Source: Escherichia coli
GTDB taxonomy: Bacteria > Pseudomonadota > Gammaproteobacteria > Enterobacterales > Enterobacteriaceae
Direction: 5' to 3' (one strand)
Assembly (NCBI RefSeq): GCF_016026235.1
Contig: NZ_CP065613.1
Length of the DNA: 64,000 nucleotides
The notes under the pieces were generated by a model. The model did no database searches, had not been told where the DNA came from, and saw nothing but the letters and a program-made list of their open reading frames with translations. The position numbers and the translations under genes were made by a program. Each line of letters opens with the position of its first letter. Position 1 is the stretch's first letter. Positions 28,690 through 37,176 of this stretch are shown here, piece by piece.

Positions 28690-29247
28690 ATGACCACTCA
28701 AATCTCTGTTGAAACTCTCTCCCCGATCACCCATAACCAGATTCCTGTTATTACCACCGAACTTTTGGCGCAGCTTTACGGCACTGAGCCGGTGCGTATT
28801 CGCCAGAATCATCATGAGAACAAAGTACGCTTCGTTGAAGGGAAACACTTTTTCAAAGTTGTTGGTAATGACCTTAAAGAATTGCGGGTAGCTTTAAACT
28901 ACTCACAAAATCCCATCTCTCCCAAAGCCCGCTCCCTCATCCTCTGGACAGAACGAGGCGCAGCACGCCACGCCAAAATGCTCGAAACCGATCAGGCGTG
29001 GGATGTGTTCGAAAAACTGGAAGACTGCTATTTCAGTCAAAAGGATCCGTCAACGCCAGTTTCATGCCAGAAAAGTTACGACACGCGAGTTCTCTGTTAT
29101 CAGAGAGGCGGTGTCACTGTTTCCACAATTCAGTTACGGGATGATGATATTGTTATTTCCCTTGAGTCATGGCTGGAACTGGCGAGAGCCAATGGTTGGT
29201 TTGTTGTTCGCAGAGATAAACTGGTGGAAAGGTTGATGCAGCTTTAA
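28690..29247 (+). CDS. ORF6N-domain (KilA-N-related/antirepressor-like) protein
   Basis: Start at MTTQISVETLSPITHNQIPVITTELLAQLYGTEPVRIRQNHHENKVRFVEGKHFFKV...LWTERGAARHAKMLETDQAWDVFEKLEDCYF (185 aa). Confidence 0.65.
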   Translation: MTTQISVETLSPITHNQIPVITTELLAQLYGTEPVRIRQNHHENKVRFVEGKHFFKVVGNDLKELRVALNYSQNPISPKARSLILWTERGAARHAKMLETDQAWDVFEKLEDCYFSQKDPSTPVSCQKSYDTRVLCYQRGGVTVSTIQLRDDDIVISLESWLELARANGWFVVRRDKLVERLMQL

Positions 29248-29343
29248 AAAAGTTCTTGCATTTTTGCACATAAACTGCTTCAATTCCGGTAAGCTTCGCA
29301 AAGCTGTATCGCGAGGCGAATAGCAGACATGGACATTTGAAAG

Positions 29344-29367
29344 AGCCCGCTTTATGCGGGTTTTTTT
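29344..29367 (+). terminator. Intrinsic terminator
   Basis: AGCCCGCTTTATGCGGGTTTTTTT. Confidence 0.75.
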
Positions 29368-29455
29368 ATACCTGAAAAACGGCACAGGACGTTAAACGTG
29401 CTGGTGGTCAGATGAGTTTGCAGATGTGATGACATATGGTTATTATTCTGCCTCC

Positions 29456-29532
29456 GGCCCTTTAGCTCAGTTGGTCAGAGCGAGCGACTCATAATCGCCA
29501 GGTCGCTGGTTCAAGTCCAGCAAGGGCCACCA
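29456..29532 (+). tRNA. tRNA with CAU anticodon, ileX-like (Ile2 via lysidine, or Met)
   Basis: Cloverleaf with acceptor GGCCCTT/AAGGGCC, anticodon loop CTCATAA, T-loop GGTTCAAGTCC and encoded CCA. Resembles the remembered E. coli ileX. Confidence 0.85.
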
Positions 29533-29533
29533 A

Positions 29534-29610
29534 CCACCACTAGCTCATCCGGATAGAGCATCAACCTTCTAAGTTGACGGTGCGAGGTTCGAGTCCTCGG
29601 TGGTGGGCCA
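29534..29610 (+). tRNA. tRNA-Arg (UCU)
   Basis: Acceptor CCACCAC/GTGGTGG, anticodon stem-loop TCAAC-CTTCTAA-GTTGA, T-arm CGAGG-TTCGAGT-CCTCG and encoded CCA. Confidence 0.85.
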
Positions 29611-29612
29611 GC

Positions 29613-29688
<76 letters not shown>

Positions 29689-29691
29689 TAT

Positions 29692-29766
<75 letters not shown>

Positions 29767-30058
29767 GTCAGAGTCTTTCAGTCTGCGATGATGGGAAATC
29801 CCGGAGTGACTGAAAGACGTTTAAGTTATGAATGATCGCCTTTTTTTGCAAAATTGCTGTGCAGAAATACTAACCTTCGGGCGTGCGATCATTCATAAGC
29901 ACTCTGCTTTTATTCCGATTAACTGTGGGTGGTTTGTTGGATAGAGTGCTTTCCTTACTGTATATATCGTTTCGCCCGCTTTTGCGTTTTTTTCTTTTCA
30001 AATCCCTTTCATTTCTCAGTGTAAAACTACGCCATCCGTTATTTGCGGAGGTGAGGCT

Positions 30059-30274
30059 ATGAAATCCATGGACAAAATTTCAACGGGCATTGCCTACGGC
30101 ACCTCCGCCGGCAGTGCCGGCTACTGGTTTTTGCAGTGGTTGGATCAGGTCAGTCCATCACAGTGGGCTGCGATTGGTGTGCTGGGAAGTCTGCTTCTGG
30201 GGCTTCTGACTTATCTGACGAATCTGTATTTCAAAATAAGAGAAGACAAGCGTAAGGCTGCACGGGGAGAGTAA
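30059..30274 (+). CDS. Phage 21 S-type class II holin (pinholin), dual-start
   Basis: [71 protein letters not shown] (71 aa). The M1/M4 dual start is as in S21. GGAGG RBS. Confidence 0.85.
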   Translation: MKSMDKISTGIAYGTSAGSAGYWFLQWLDQVSPSQWAAIGVLGSLLLGLLTYLTNLYFKIREDKRKAARGE

Positions 30275-30277
30275 ATA

Positions 30278-30907
30278 ATGAAGCATGAAGAAATGAATCA
30301 GCGATTCAATCACCTGGAAAATGAAATCACTGAGCTTAATAAAAAATTGTCGGCGTTGGTGAGTTCTGAAGATGAAAACAAACGCCGCGATGAGCATTAT
30401 GCGGCGATTTACGATTACTGCCACAAAGTCGCTCACGAGACTTTTATGAAGTTTTTGCAGGAAAAGTTTTTACCGGCCGCATTGTCAGAAAAAGAGGCGG
30501 CTTACCTGCGGCCTGAGTACGTCATTACGGTTAACAGTGCCGGAGAGGAAGAGCATAAAAGTGATTTTATTGCGTCTGCACCGGATAAAGACCAGGAACC
30601 CCGTCGGCCTTTCAGGGTTTCCTGTGAAGAGGGTGAGTTCGTCGTTTATGAGAACGGAAAACCTGTCCGGGCATCGCATCATCACTGCCTGAAAATTATT
30701 AATCTCGCTATCAGATGCCTGAAAGACGAAAACACCAGAGTTATGAAACGCATTGGCCGTTGCATGGGGTATTTGCAGGTGGCGGCAGAGATTGAAGCAC
30801 TTGCCAGTGGTGCAGACATGGATGCTGCGGTGCGGGAGGCTCTTCTTCGTGATTTCAATACTCCCCCTTTAAGAAAGAGCCTGATGACTGGATCCAGCCG
30901 GGGCTGA
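30278..30907 (+). CDS. Hypothetical 209-aa protein inserted between holin and endolysin
   Basis: Starts 3 nt after the holin stop. N-terminal coiled coil (NQRFNHLENEITELNKKLSAL). No family recognised. Confidence 0.5.
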   Translation: MKHEEMNQRFNHLENEITELNKKLSALVSSEDENKRRDEHYAAIYDYCHKVAHETFMKFLQEKFLPAALSEKEAAYLRPEYVITVNSAGEEEHKSDFIASAPDKDQEPRRPFRVSCEEGEFVVYENGKPVRASHHHCLKIINLAIRCLKDENTRVMKRIGRCMGYLQVAAEIEALASGADMDAAVREALLRDFNTPPLRKSLMTGSSRG

Positions 30908-30972
30908 CTTATCTTAAAAGGCGTATATAAGTTGGCTCGTTATTTGTTGCCGATAAATCCTGATAAATATCC

Positions 30973-31506
30973 ATGAGCGCAAAAATCAAATACGGCCTGT
31001 CGGCTGCTGTTCTGGCGCTGATTGCCGCAGGCGCGTCTGCTCCCCAGATACTTGACCAGTTTCTGAACGAAAAAGAGGGTAATCACACAACGGCATACCG
31101 TGATGGTTCTGGCATATGGACCATCTGTCGTGGTGCCACAATGGTGGATGGTAAGCCTGTCATACCGGGAATGAAGCTGTCGAAGGAAAAATGTGACCAG
31201 GTTAACGCTATTGAACGTGATAAGGCGCTGGCATGGGTGGAGCGCAATATTAAAGTACCTCTGACCGAACCACAAAAAGCGGGTATAGCGTCATTTTGCC
31301 CCTATAACATTGGCCCCGGTAAGTGTTTCCCGTCGACGTTTTATAAGCGGCTGAATGCCGGTGATCGTAAGGGCGCATGCGAGGCGATTCGCTGGTGGAT
31401 AAAAGATGTTGGGCGCGATTGCCGCATACGTTCAAATAACTGCTATGGACAGGTTATTCGTCGTGACCAGGAAAGCGCATTAGCCTGTTGGGGGATAGAT
31501 CAATGA
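30973..31506 (+). CDS. SAR endolysin (GH24 lysozyme, RrrQ-like)
   Basis: 177 aa. N-terminal signal-anchor-release segment [17 protein letters not shown]. Catalytic E-8-D-5-T pattern ([16 protein letters not shown]). Confidence 0.85.
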   Translation: MSAKIKYGLSAAVLALIAAGASAPQILDQFLNEKEGNHTTAYRDGSGIWTICRGATMVDGKPVIPGMKLSKEKCDQVNAIERDKALAWVERNIKVPLTEPQKAGIASFCPYNIGPGKCFPSTFYKRLNAGDRKGACEAIRWWIKDVGRDCRIRSNNCYGQVIRRDQESALACWGIDQ

Positions 31507-31970
31507 GCAGAGTCACCGCGATTATCTCCGCTCTGGTTATCTGCATCATCGTCTGCCTGTCATGGGCTGTTAATCATTACCGTGATAACGCCATTACCTA
31601 CAAAGAGCAGCGCGACAAAAACGCAAGAGAACTGAAGCTGGCGAACGCAACCATTACTGACATGCAGCAGCGCCAGCGTTCTGTTGATGCACTCGATGCT
31701 AAATACACGAAGGAGTTAGCTGATGCGAAAGCTGAAAATGATGCTCTTCGGCGCAAGCTTGATAATGGTGGTCGGGTGCTCGTCAAAGGAAAATGCCCTG
31801 TGCCAGCCTCAGCCAAAACCTCCAGCGCCTCCGGCATGGGCAATGATGCCACCGTCGAACTCTCTTCAGTTGCTGGACGAAACGTTCTCGGTATCCGGGA
31901 CGGAATTATCCGCGACCAAACAGCACTGAGAACGCTTCAGGAATACATCAATACGCAATGCCTGAATTAA
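31503..31970 (+). CDS. i-spanin Rz
   Basis: ATGA overlap with the endolysin. N-terminal TM ([20 protein letters not shown]) followed by a coiled-coil periplasmic domain. Confidence 0.8.
   Translation: MSRVTAIISALVICIIVCLSWAVNHYRDNAITYKEQRDKNARELKLANATITDMQQRQRSVDALDAKYTKELADAKAENDALRRKLDNGGRVLVKGKCPVPASAKTSSASGMGNDATVELSSVAGRNVLGIRDGIIRDQTALRTLQEYINTQCLN
31723..31929 (+). CDS. o-spanin Rz1, embedded in Rz in the +1 frame
   Basis: Lipobox LIMVVGC and a proline-rich mature part ([18 protein letters not shown]). Confidence 0.75.
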   Translation: MRKLKMMLFGASLIMVVGCSSKENALCQPQPKPPAPPAWAMMPPSNSLQLLDETFSVSGTELSATKQH

Positions 31971-32011
31971 TCCCTCTGTATCAAAAACGAACTCAATTTG
32001 TTGGATAGTGA

Positions 32012-32323
32012 ATGAAAATTTATATTGCCGGGCCAATGACGGGATATGAGAACTTTAATCGTGACGCCTTTAATAAAGAGGCAGATCGTTTGTCACGACA
32101 TGGTCACTCTGTCTTGAATCCAGCCACTTTGCCTAATGGTCTGACACAACGTGAATACATGGATATTTGCTTTGCAATGCTTCGTTGTGCGGATGCTATT
32201 TTGATGCTTCCTGGCTGGAAAGCGTCTGCTGGAGCAACTGCTGAGTATCATTACGCATACAAGATGGAGATGCCGGTATTCACTACGCTGAATTACCCGC
32301 CAGCTTGTTCCTCTGCAGTATAA
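32012..32323 (+). CDS. DUF4406-like / nucleoside 2-deoxyribosyltransferase-fold protein
   Basis: 103 aa, MKIYIAGPMTGYENFNRDAFNKEADRLSRHGHSVLNPATLP...ADAILMLPGWKASAGATAEYHYA. Family assignment is from memory of the motif pattern. Confidence 0.5.
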   Translation: MKIYIAGPMTGYENFNRDAFNKEADRLSRHGHSVLNPATLPNGLTQREYMDICFAMLRCADAILMLPGWKASAGATAEYHYAYKMEMPVFTTLNYPPACSSAV

Positions 32324-32683
32324 AAATCTCTTTGTTTCTCGTGTGCGATCGTGGTCGCTCGCTAAATTCCGCGCTGCATCGTCGCCGTATTTCCGCATTA
32401 ACTATGACCGTAGCCCGACGGGGAACTCCTTCTGCGCGAGTGTGCGGGAATAATCAAAAACGATGCACACCGGGTTTTTACCGCGTTTATGGTTCGCGGG
32501 TTTGTCCCTCATGCTCGCCAGTCCTGTGCGGGGGTGGAAGAAACAGGACACTTACACTGATTCTTGTGGGTACGATGCTATTCCTTTCTGGATTATCCCG
32601 ATGTCATTCATGCAGGGCGCTGTATCAGACGTTCGTCATGGCTGTCAGGCTGACGGGTCCTCCCGGTGGGGTGGCCTGCCACG

Positions 32684-32695
32684 GGGCGGGAGCGG
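32684..32695. other. Candidate cosN cohesive-end site (GGGCGGGAGCGG)
   Basis: GACGGGTCCTCCCGGTGGGGTGGCCTGCCACG|GGGCGGGAGCGG|CGCGG aligns with the remembered lambda ends GACGGGTCCTTTCCGGTGATCCGACAGGTTACG|GGGCGGCGACCT|CGCGGG. An AT-rich cosB-like region follows, upstream of terS. Confidence 0.5.
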
Positions 32696-32869
32696 CGCGG
32701 AAAAAGGCTAGTTTTTGAAATTTCATTCGTCATCACCACTACTGTAATGTATTGATATTACAGTGGTTTTATTTTTGTGCTGTCGGTTTTGATTGTTTTT
32801 TGTTCATCACTAACACCGTTTGCCTAAAGTTGTTCGCAAGATGCATGTTTAAAACATTCTGGAGCGGGT

Positions 32870-33363
32870 ATGGATCGAGAGTTAAAAAATCTGACGCTGA
32901 ATATCAGTCAACTGGCGGCACTGTCAGGTGTACATCGCCAGACTGCTGCGGCAAGGCTGCAAAATCTACCCGTTGCAGGGGGCATGAAAGCAACCTCAAG
33001 CTTTATCGGGTGGTTGATATTGTGTCGGCATTTCTGGCATTACCACCGCCGGTTGCAGAAGGCGAAATGGACGCGCATGAGCGCAAAGCCTGGTATCAGT
33101 CTGAACGTGAGCGTCTTAAGTTCGAACAGGAAACGGCACAACTCATTCCGGCCAGTGATGTCAGACGGGAGTTTGCCATCTGGGCAAAAGCGGTCGTGCA
33201 GGTGCTGGAGACATTACCGGATATTCTTGAACGTGACTGCGGTCTGCAGCCTGCCGCTGTGAGCCGTGTTCAGTCCATTATTGATGATCTGCGCGATCAG
33301 ATAGCCCTGCGGGTGACTGAAGCAGGTGCGGATGATGAGGAGGAATTACAGCAGGAGGAGTAA
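32870..33363 (+). pseudogene. Terminase small subunit (Nu1-like), frameshifted at a G5 run
   Basis: N-terminal frame MDRELKNLTLNISQLAALSGVHRQTAAARLQNLPVAGG. The C-terminal frame continues HESNLKLYRVVDIVSAF...DDEEELQQEE*. Adding one G at 32978-32982 joins them, paralleling Nu1 GMPVLRGGGKGNEVLYDSAAVIKW. Confidence 0.75.
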
Positions 33364-35443
33364 TGCTGAATCAGGAAACCGCAAAGGCAGCACGAACCGA
33401 TTCAGGTTATATCCTTCGCGCACCAAGACGAATGCGGGTTGCTGATGCCGTTGCTCAGTATATGCGGGTGCCCATGGGGCAGGGAACTCAGTCCCGTGGG
33501 ATCCGCTGGTGGCACCGTATGTTATTGAGCCGATGAACTGCCTGGCCTCGCGTGAATACGACGCAGTGATATTTGTTGGCCCGGCACGAACCGGCAAGAC
33601 TATCGGCCTGATTGACGGCTGGGTGATTTACAACGTGATTTGCGATCCTGCTGATATGCTGATCATTCAGATGACGGAGGAAAAAGCCCGCGAACACTCC
33701 AAAAAACGACTCGCCAGAACGTTTCGCGTCAGCCCGGAAGTGGTCAGTCGCCTGAGTCCGAACAAAAATGACAACAACGTTTATGACAGAACATTCCTTG
33801 CTGGCAACTACCTGAAAATCGGCTGGCCGTCAGTCAATATCATGTCCTCATCAGATTATAAATGCGTCGCGCTGACGGATTATGACCGTTTTCCGGAAGA
33901 TATTGATGGTGAGGGGGATGCTTTCTCTCTTGCCTCAAAACGTACCACAACATTTATGTCCAGTGGTATGACGCTGGTGGAGAGTTCCCCCGGCAGGGAT
34001 GTGAAGGATGTGAAATGGCGACGGACTTCACCGCATGAGGCTCCACCAACCACGGGGATACTGTCGCTCTATAACCGTGGCGATCGCCGTCGCTGGTACT
34101 GGCCCTGTCCACACTGTGGTGAGTATTTTCAGCCCTGCGGCGATGTGGTTGCTGGTTTCCGTGATATTGCCGATCCCGTGCTGGCAAGTGAGGCGGCTTA
34201 TATTCAGTGTCCTTCCTGTTCAGGACGGATTATGCCTGAACAAAAACGTGAGCTGAACGGACGTGGGGTCTGGTTGCGGGATGGTGAATCCATCAATGCG
34301 GATGGCAGTCGTTATGGTGATCCCAGGCGTTCACGTATTGCGTCATTCTGGATGGAGGGTCCGGCAGCTGCTTACCAGACACTCTCGCAACTCGTTTACA
34401 AACTGCTTACTGCAGAACAGGAATACGAGACAACCGGAAGTGAAGAAACACTCAGGGCGGTTATCAACACCGACTGGGGATTACCTTATCTTCCCCGCGC
34501 CAGCATGGAGCAACGAAAAAGTGAACTGCTTGAGCAGCGGGCAGAGCCTGTTCCTCCCCGCTGCGTGCCGGATGGTGTTAATTTCCTGGCGGCGACAGTG
34601 GATGTGCAGGCGGGACGTCATCGCCGTTTTGTGGTTCAGGTAACGGGTTATGGTTGCCGTGGCGAACGCTGGATTATTGATCGTTACAACATCACGCAGT
34701 CATTGCGTTGTGACAACAACGGAGAAAGCCTGCGAATTGATCCTGCTGGTTATCCTGAGGACTGGGATGTCCTGCTGACGGATGTTTTTCATAAAAGCTG
34801 GCCGTTGGCCTCCGATCCTTCTCAACAAATGCGACTGATGGCAATGGCGGTGGACTCCGGCGGTGAAGACGGGGTCACTGATAATGCCTATAAATTCTGG
34901 CGTCGTTGCCGTCGTGATGGCCTTGGTAAACGTATTTACCTGTTTAAGGGCGACAGCATCCGGCGCGCAAAACTGATCACCCGTACATTCCCTGATAACA
35001 CCGGACGAACGGGCCGACGGGCGCAGGCCGCAGGTGATGTGCCGCTCTGGCTTCTTCAGACGGATGCCCTGAAAGACCGGGTGAATAACGCGTTATGGCG
35101 TGACTCGCCAGGTCCCGGCTATGTGCATTTCCCTGACTGGCTGGGGAGCTGGTTTTACGACGAACTGACGTATGAAGAGCGGAGCAGTGACGGGAAATGG
35201 AGTAAGCCGGGTCGAGGTGCCAACGAAGCTTTTGACCTGATGGTGTATGCCGAGGCTCTGGTCATTCTGCATGGTTACGAGAAAATTCAGTGGCCGGATG
35301 CGCCGGAATGGGCATGCAGGGAAACCTGGCTGGAGCGTGTCAGGGACGATGCCGGACTGTCAGCCTCGCCGGAGCCGGTATCCGTGTCCGTTAAAAAAAG
35401 AAACGAAAAAAAGTGGTGCCTGATGAAGAAAACCCATGGGTGA
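33363..35443 (+). pseudogene. Terminase large subunit (GpA family), frameshifted near the N-terminus and possibly again near the C-terminus
   Basis: TAATG coupling to terS gives the start at 33363 (MLNQETAKAARTDSGYILRAPRRMRVADAVAQYMRVPMG..). The main frame resumes ..GNSVPWDPLVAPYVIEPMNCLAS...GPARTGKT...WYWPCPHCGEYF. One extra G at 33476-33479 joins them. One extra A at 35406-35412 would give ...EKKVVPDEENPWVTSGGWL* ending in a GTGA overlap with gpW. Confidence 0.8.
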
Positions 35444-35453
35444 CTTCCGGAGG

Positions 35454-35672
35454 ATGGTTGTGAACCAGAATGATATTGAAGCCATGATCCATCGTTATAT
35501 CAATGCGGAAATGGCAGTGCTGGACGGAAAGTCCATTACTTTTAATGGTCAGCAGATGACCATGGAAAACTTATCCGAGATCCGACAGGGGCGGCAGGAG
35601 TGGGAACGTCGCCTTGCGACTCTGGCTGCGCGGCGACGGGGGACGCCGGGCTATAAACTGGCGAGGTTCTGA
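35454..35672 (+). CDS. Head-tail joining protein gpW-like
   Basis: ..NQNDIEAMIHRYINAEMAVLDGKSITFNGQQMTMENLSEIRQGRQEWERRLATLAARRRGTPGYKLARF. The C-terminus is like lambda W (..RRRGPAGFYV). The start could be ATG 35454 or GTG 35460. Confidence 0.7.
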   Translation: MVVNQNDIEAMIHRYINAEMAVLDGKSITFNGQQMTMENLSEIRQGRQEWERRLATLAARRRGTPGYKLARF

Positions 35673-37176
35673 TGGCAATTCTTGATGATGTGATTGGTGT
35701 TTTTTCACCTGGCTGGAAAGCTGCGAGATTGCGCTCAAGGGCATTAATTCGTGCCTATGAGGCAGTGAAGCCTACTCGTACACATAAAGCCCGGCGGGAA
35801 AATCGTTCTGCCGACCAGCTCAGTAAGTACGGTGCAGTTTCCCTGCGGGAGCAGGCTCGTTTTCTGGACATCAATCATGATCTGGTAATCGGTGTTTTCG
35901 ACAAACTTGAGGAACGGGTGATTGGTGCAAAAGGGATCGTTGTCGAACCCCAGCCATTACTGAAGAACGGTGATATAGCCACAGAGCTGGCAATGATTAT
36001 CCGTCGCTTGTGGGTGGAATGGTCTGTCAGTCCGGATGTGACCGGGCAGTATACGCGCCCCATGCTCGAGCGTCTGCTGCTGCGTACCTGGTTACGTGAT
36101 GGTGAAGTGTTTGCCCAGCTGGTTCGTGGTGCCGGCGGCGGGCTGGTGCGGACTGCTGGCGTGCCTTTCTGGATCGAGGCAATGGAGCCGGATTTTGTGC
36201 CCATGCTCAGTGATGAATCTGTGGGGTTGAATCAGGGTGTTTTTCTGGATGACTGGGGCAGACCGAAAAAATACCTGGTTTATAAAAATCATCCGACTAC
36301 CGGGCGGCTGAGTGATACCAAAGAGATCGTTGCCGAAAATATGGTGCATCTGAAATTTACCCGTCGTCTGCATCAGACGCGTGGTACATCCATGTTGTCA
36401 GGTGTGCTGATGCGGATCAGTGCGCTTAAGGAATATGAAGATGCTGAGCTGACAGCGGCGCGTGTTGCTGCGGCTCTGGGGCTGTATATCCGTAAAGGAG
36501 ATGGGCAGGATTATGAAGACGCCACGATAAATAAAGATAATGACCGGGAACTGCATATCACCCCTGGCATTATTTATGACGATTTGCGCAAGGGGAAGAT
36601 ATTGGCATGGTCAAATCTGATCGGCCCAATCCTAACCTTGAAACTTTTCGTAACGGGCAGCTGCGTGCGGTGGCCGCAGGCAGTCGTATGAGTTTTTCCA
36701 GTGCGGCGCGCAATTACAACGGTACCTACAGCGCTCAGCGACAGGAGCTGGTCGAGTCCACTGACGGGTATCTGATCCTGCAGGACTGCTTTATTGGTGC
36801 TGTAACCCGTCCCGTGTACCGGACGTGGCTGAACATGGTGGTAGCAGCAGGTCTGCTGAAAATCCCGTCGGATGTGGATATGAAAACGTTGTGTAACGCA
36901 ACATATTCCGGTCCGGTCATGCCGTGGATTGATCCGGTTAAGGAGGCTGAGGCCTGGAAAATCCAGATTCGCGGTGGAGCGGCGACAGAATCAGACTGGG
37001 TGCGAGCAGGTGGGCGTAATCCGGATGATGTCAAACGTCGGCGCAAGGCTGAAATTGATGAAAACCGCAAGCTGGGTCTGATATTTGATACCGATCCGGC
37101 CAGTGATAAAGGAGGCAGCAGTGTCGCAACGAAACGACAGGAGCCGCAGCACACCGACGGCCAGTCCGAAGAATAA
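35672..37176 (+). pseudogene. Portal protein (lambda gpB family), frameshifted at a G4 run
   Basis: ORF 35672-36691 and ORF 36607-37176 are the two halves. One extra G at 36592-36595 reads ..DDLRKGEDIGMVKSDRPNPNLETFRNGQLRAVAAG.. Confidence 0.8.

Noticed and set aside
29767-30058. Possible Shiga-toxin or other toxin cargo between the tRNAs and the holin
   Set aside because: Only 290 bp with no ORF of meaningful length on either strand. Only hairpins are present.
32305-32718. 137-aa and 82-aa plus-strand ORFs, and the N-terminal part of the 32752-33363 ORF
   Set aside because: The region aligns with the lambda cos flank and is GC-rich non-coding DNA. The real terS start is 32870, in another frame.
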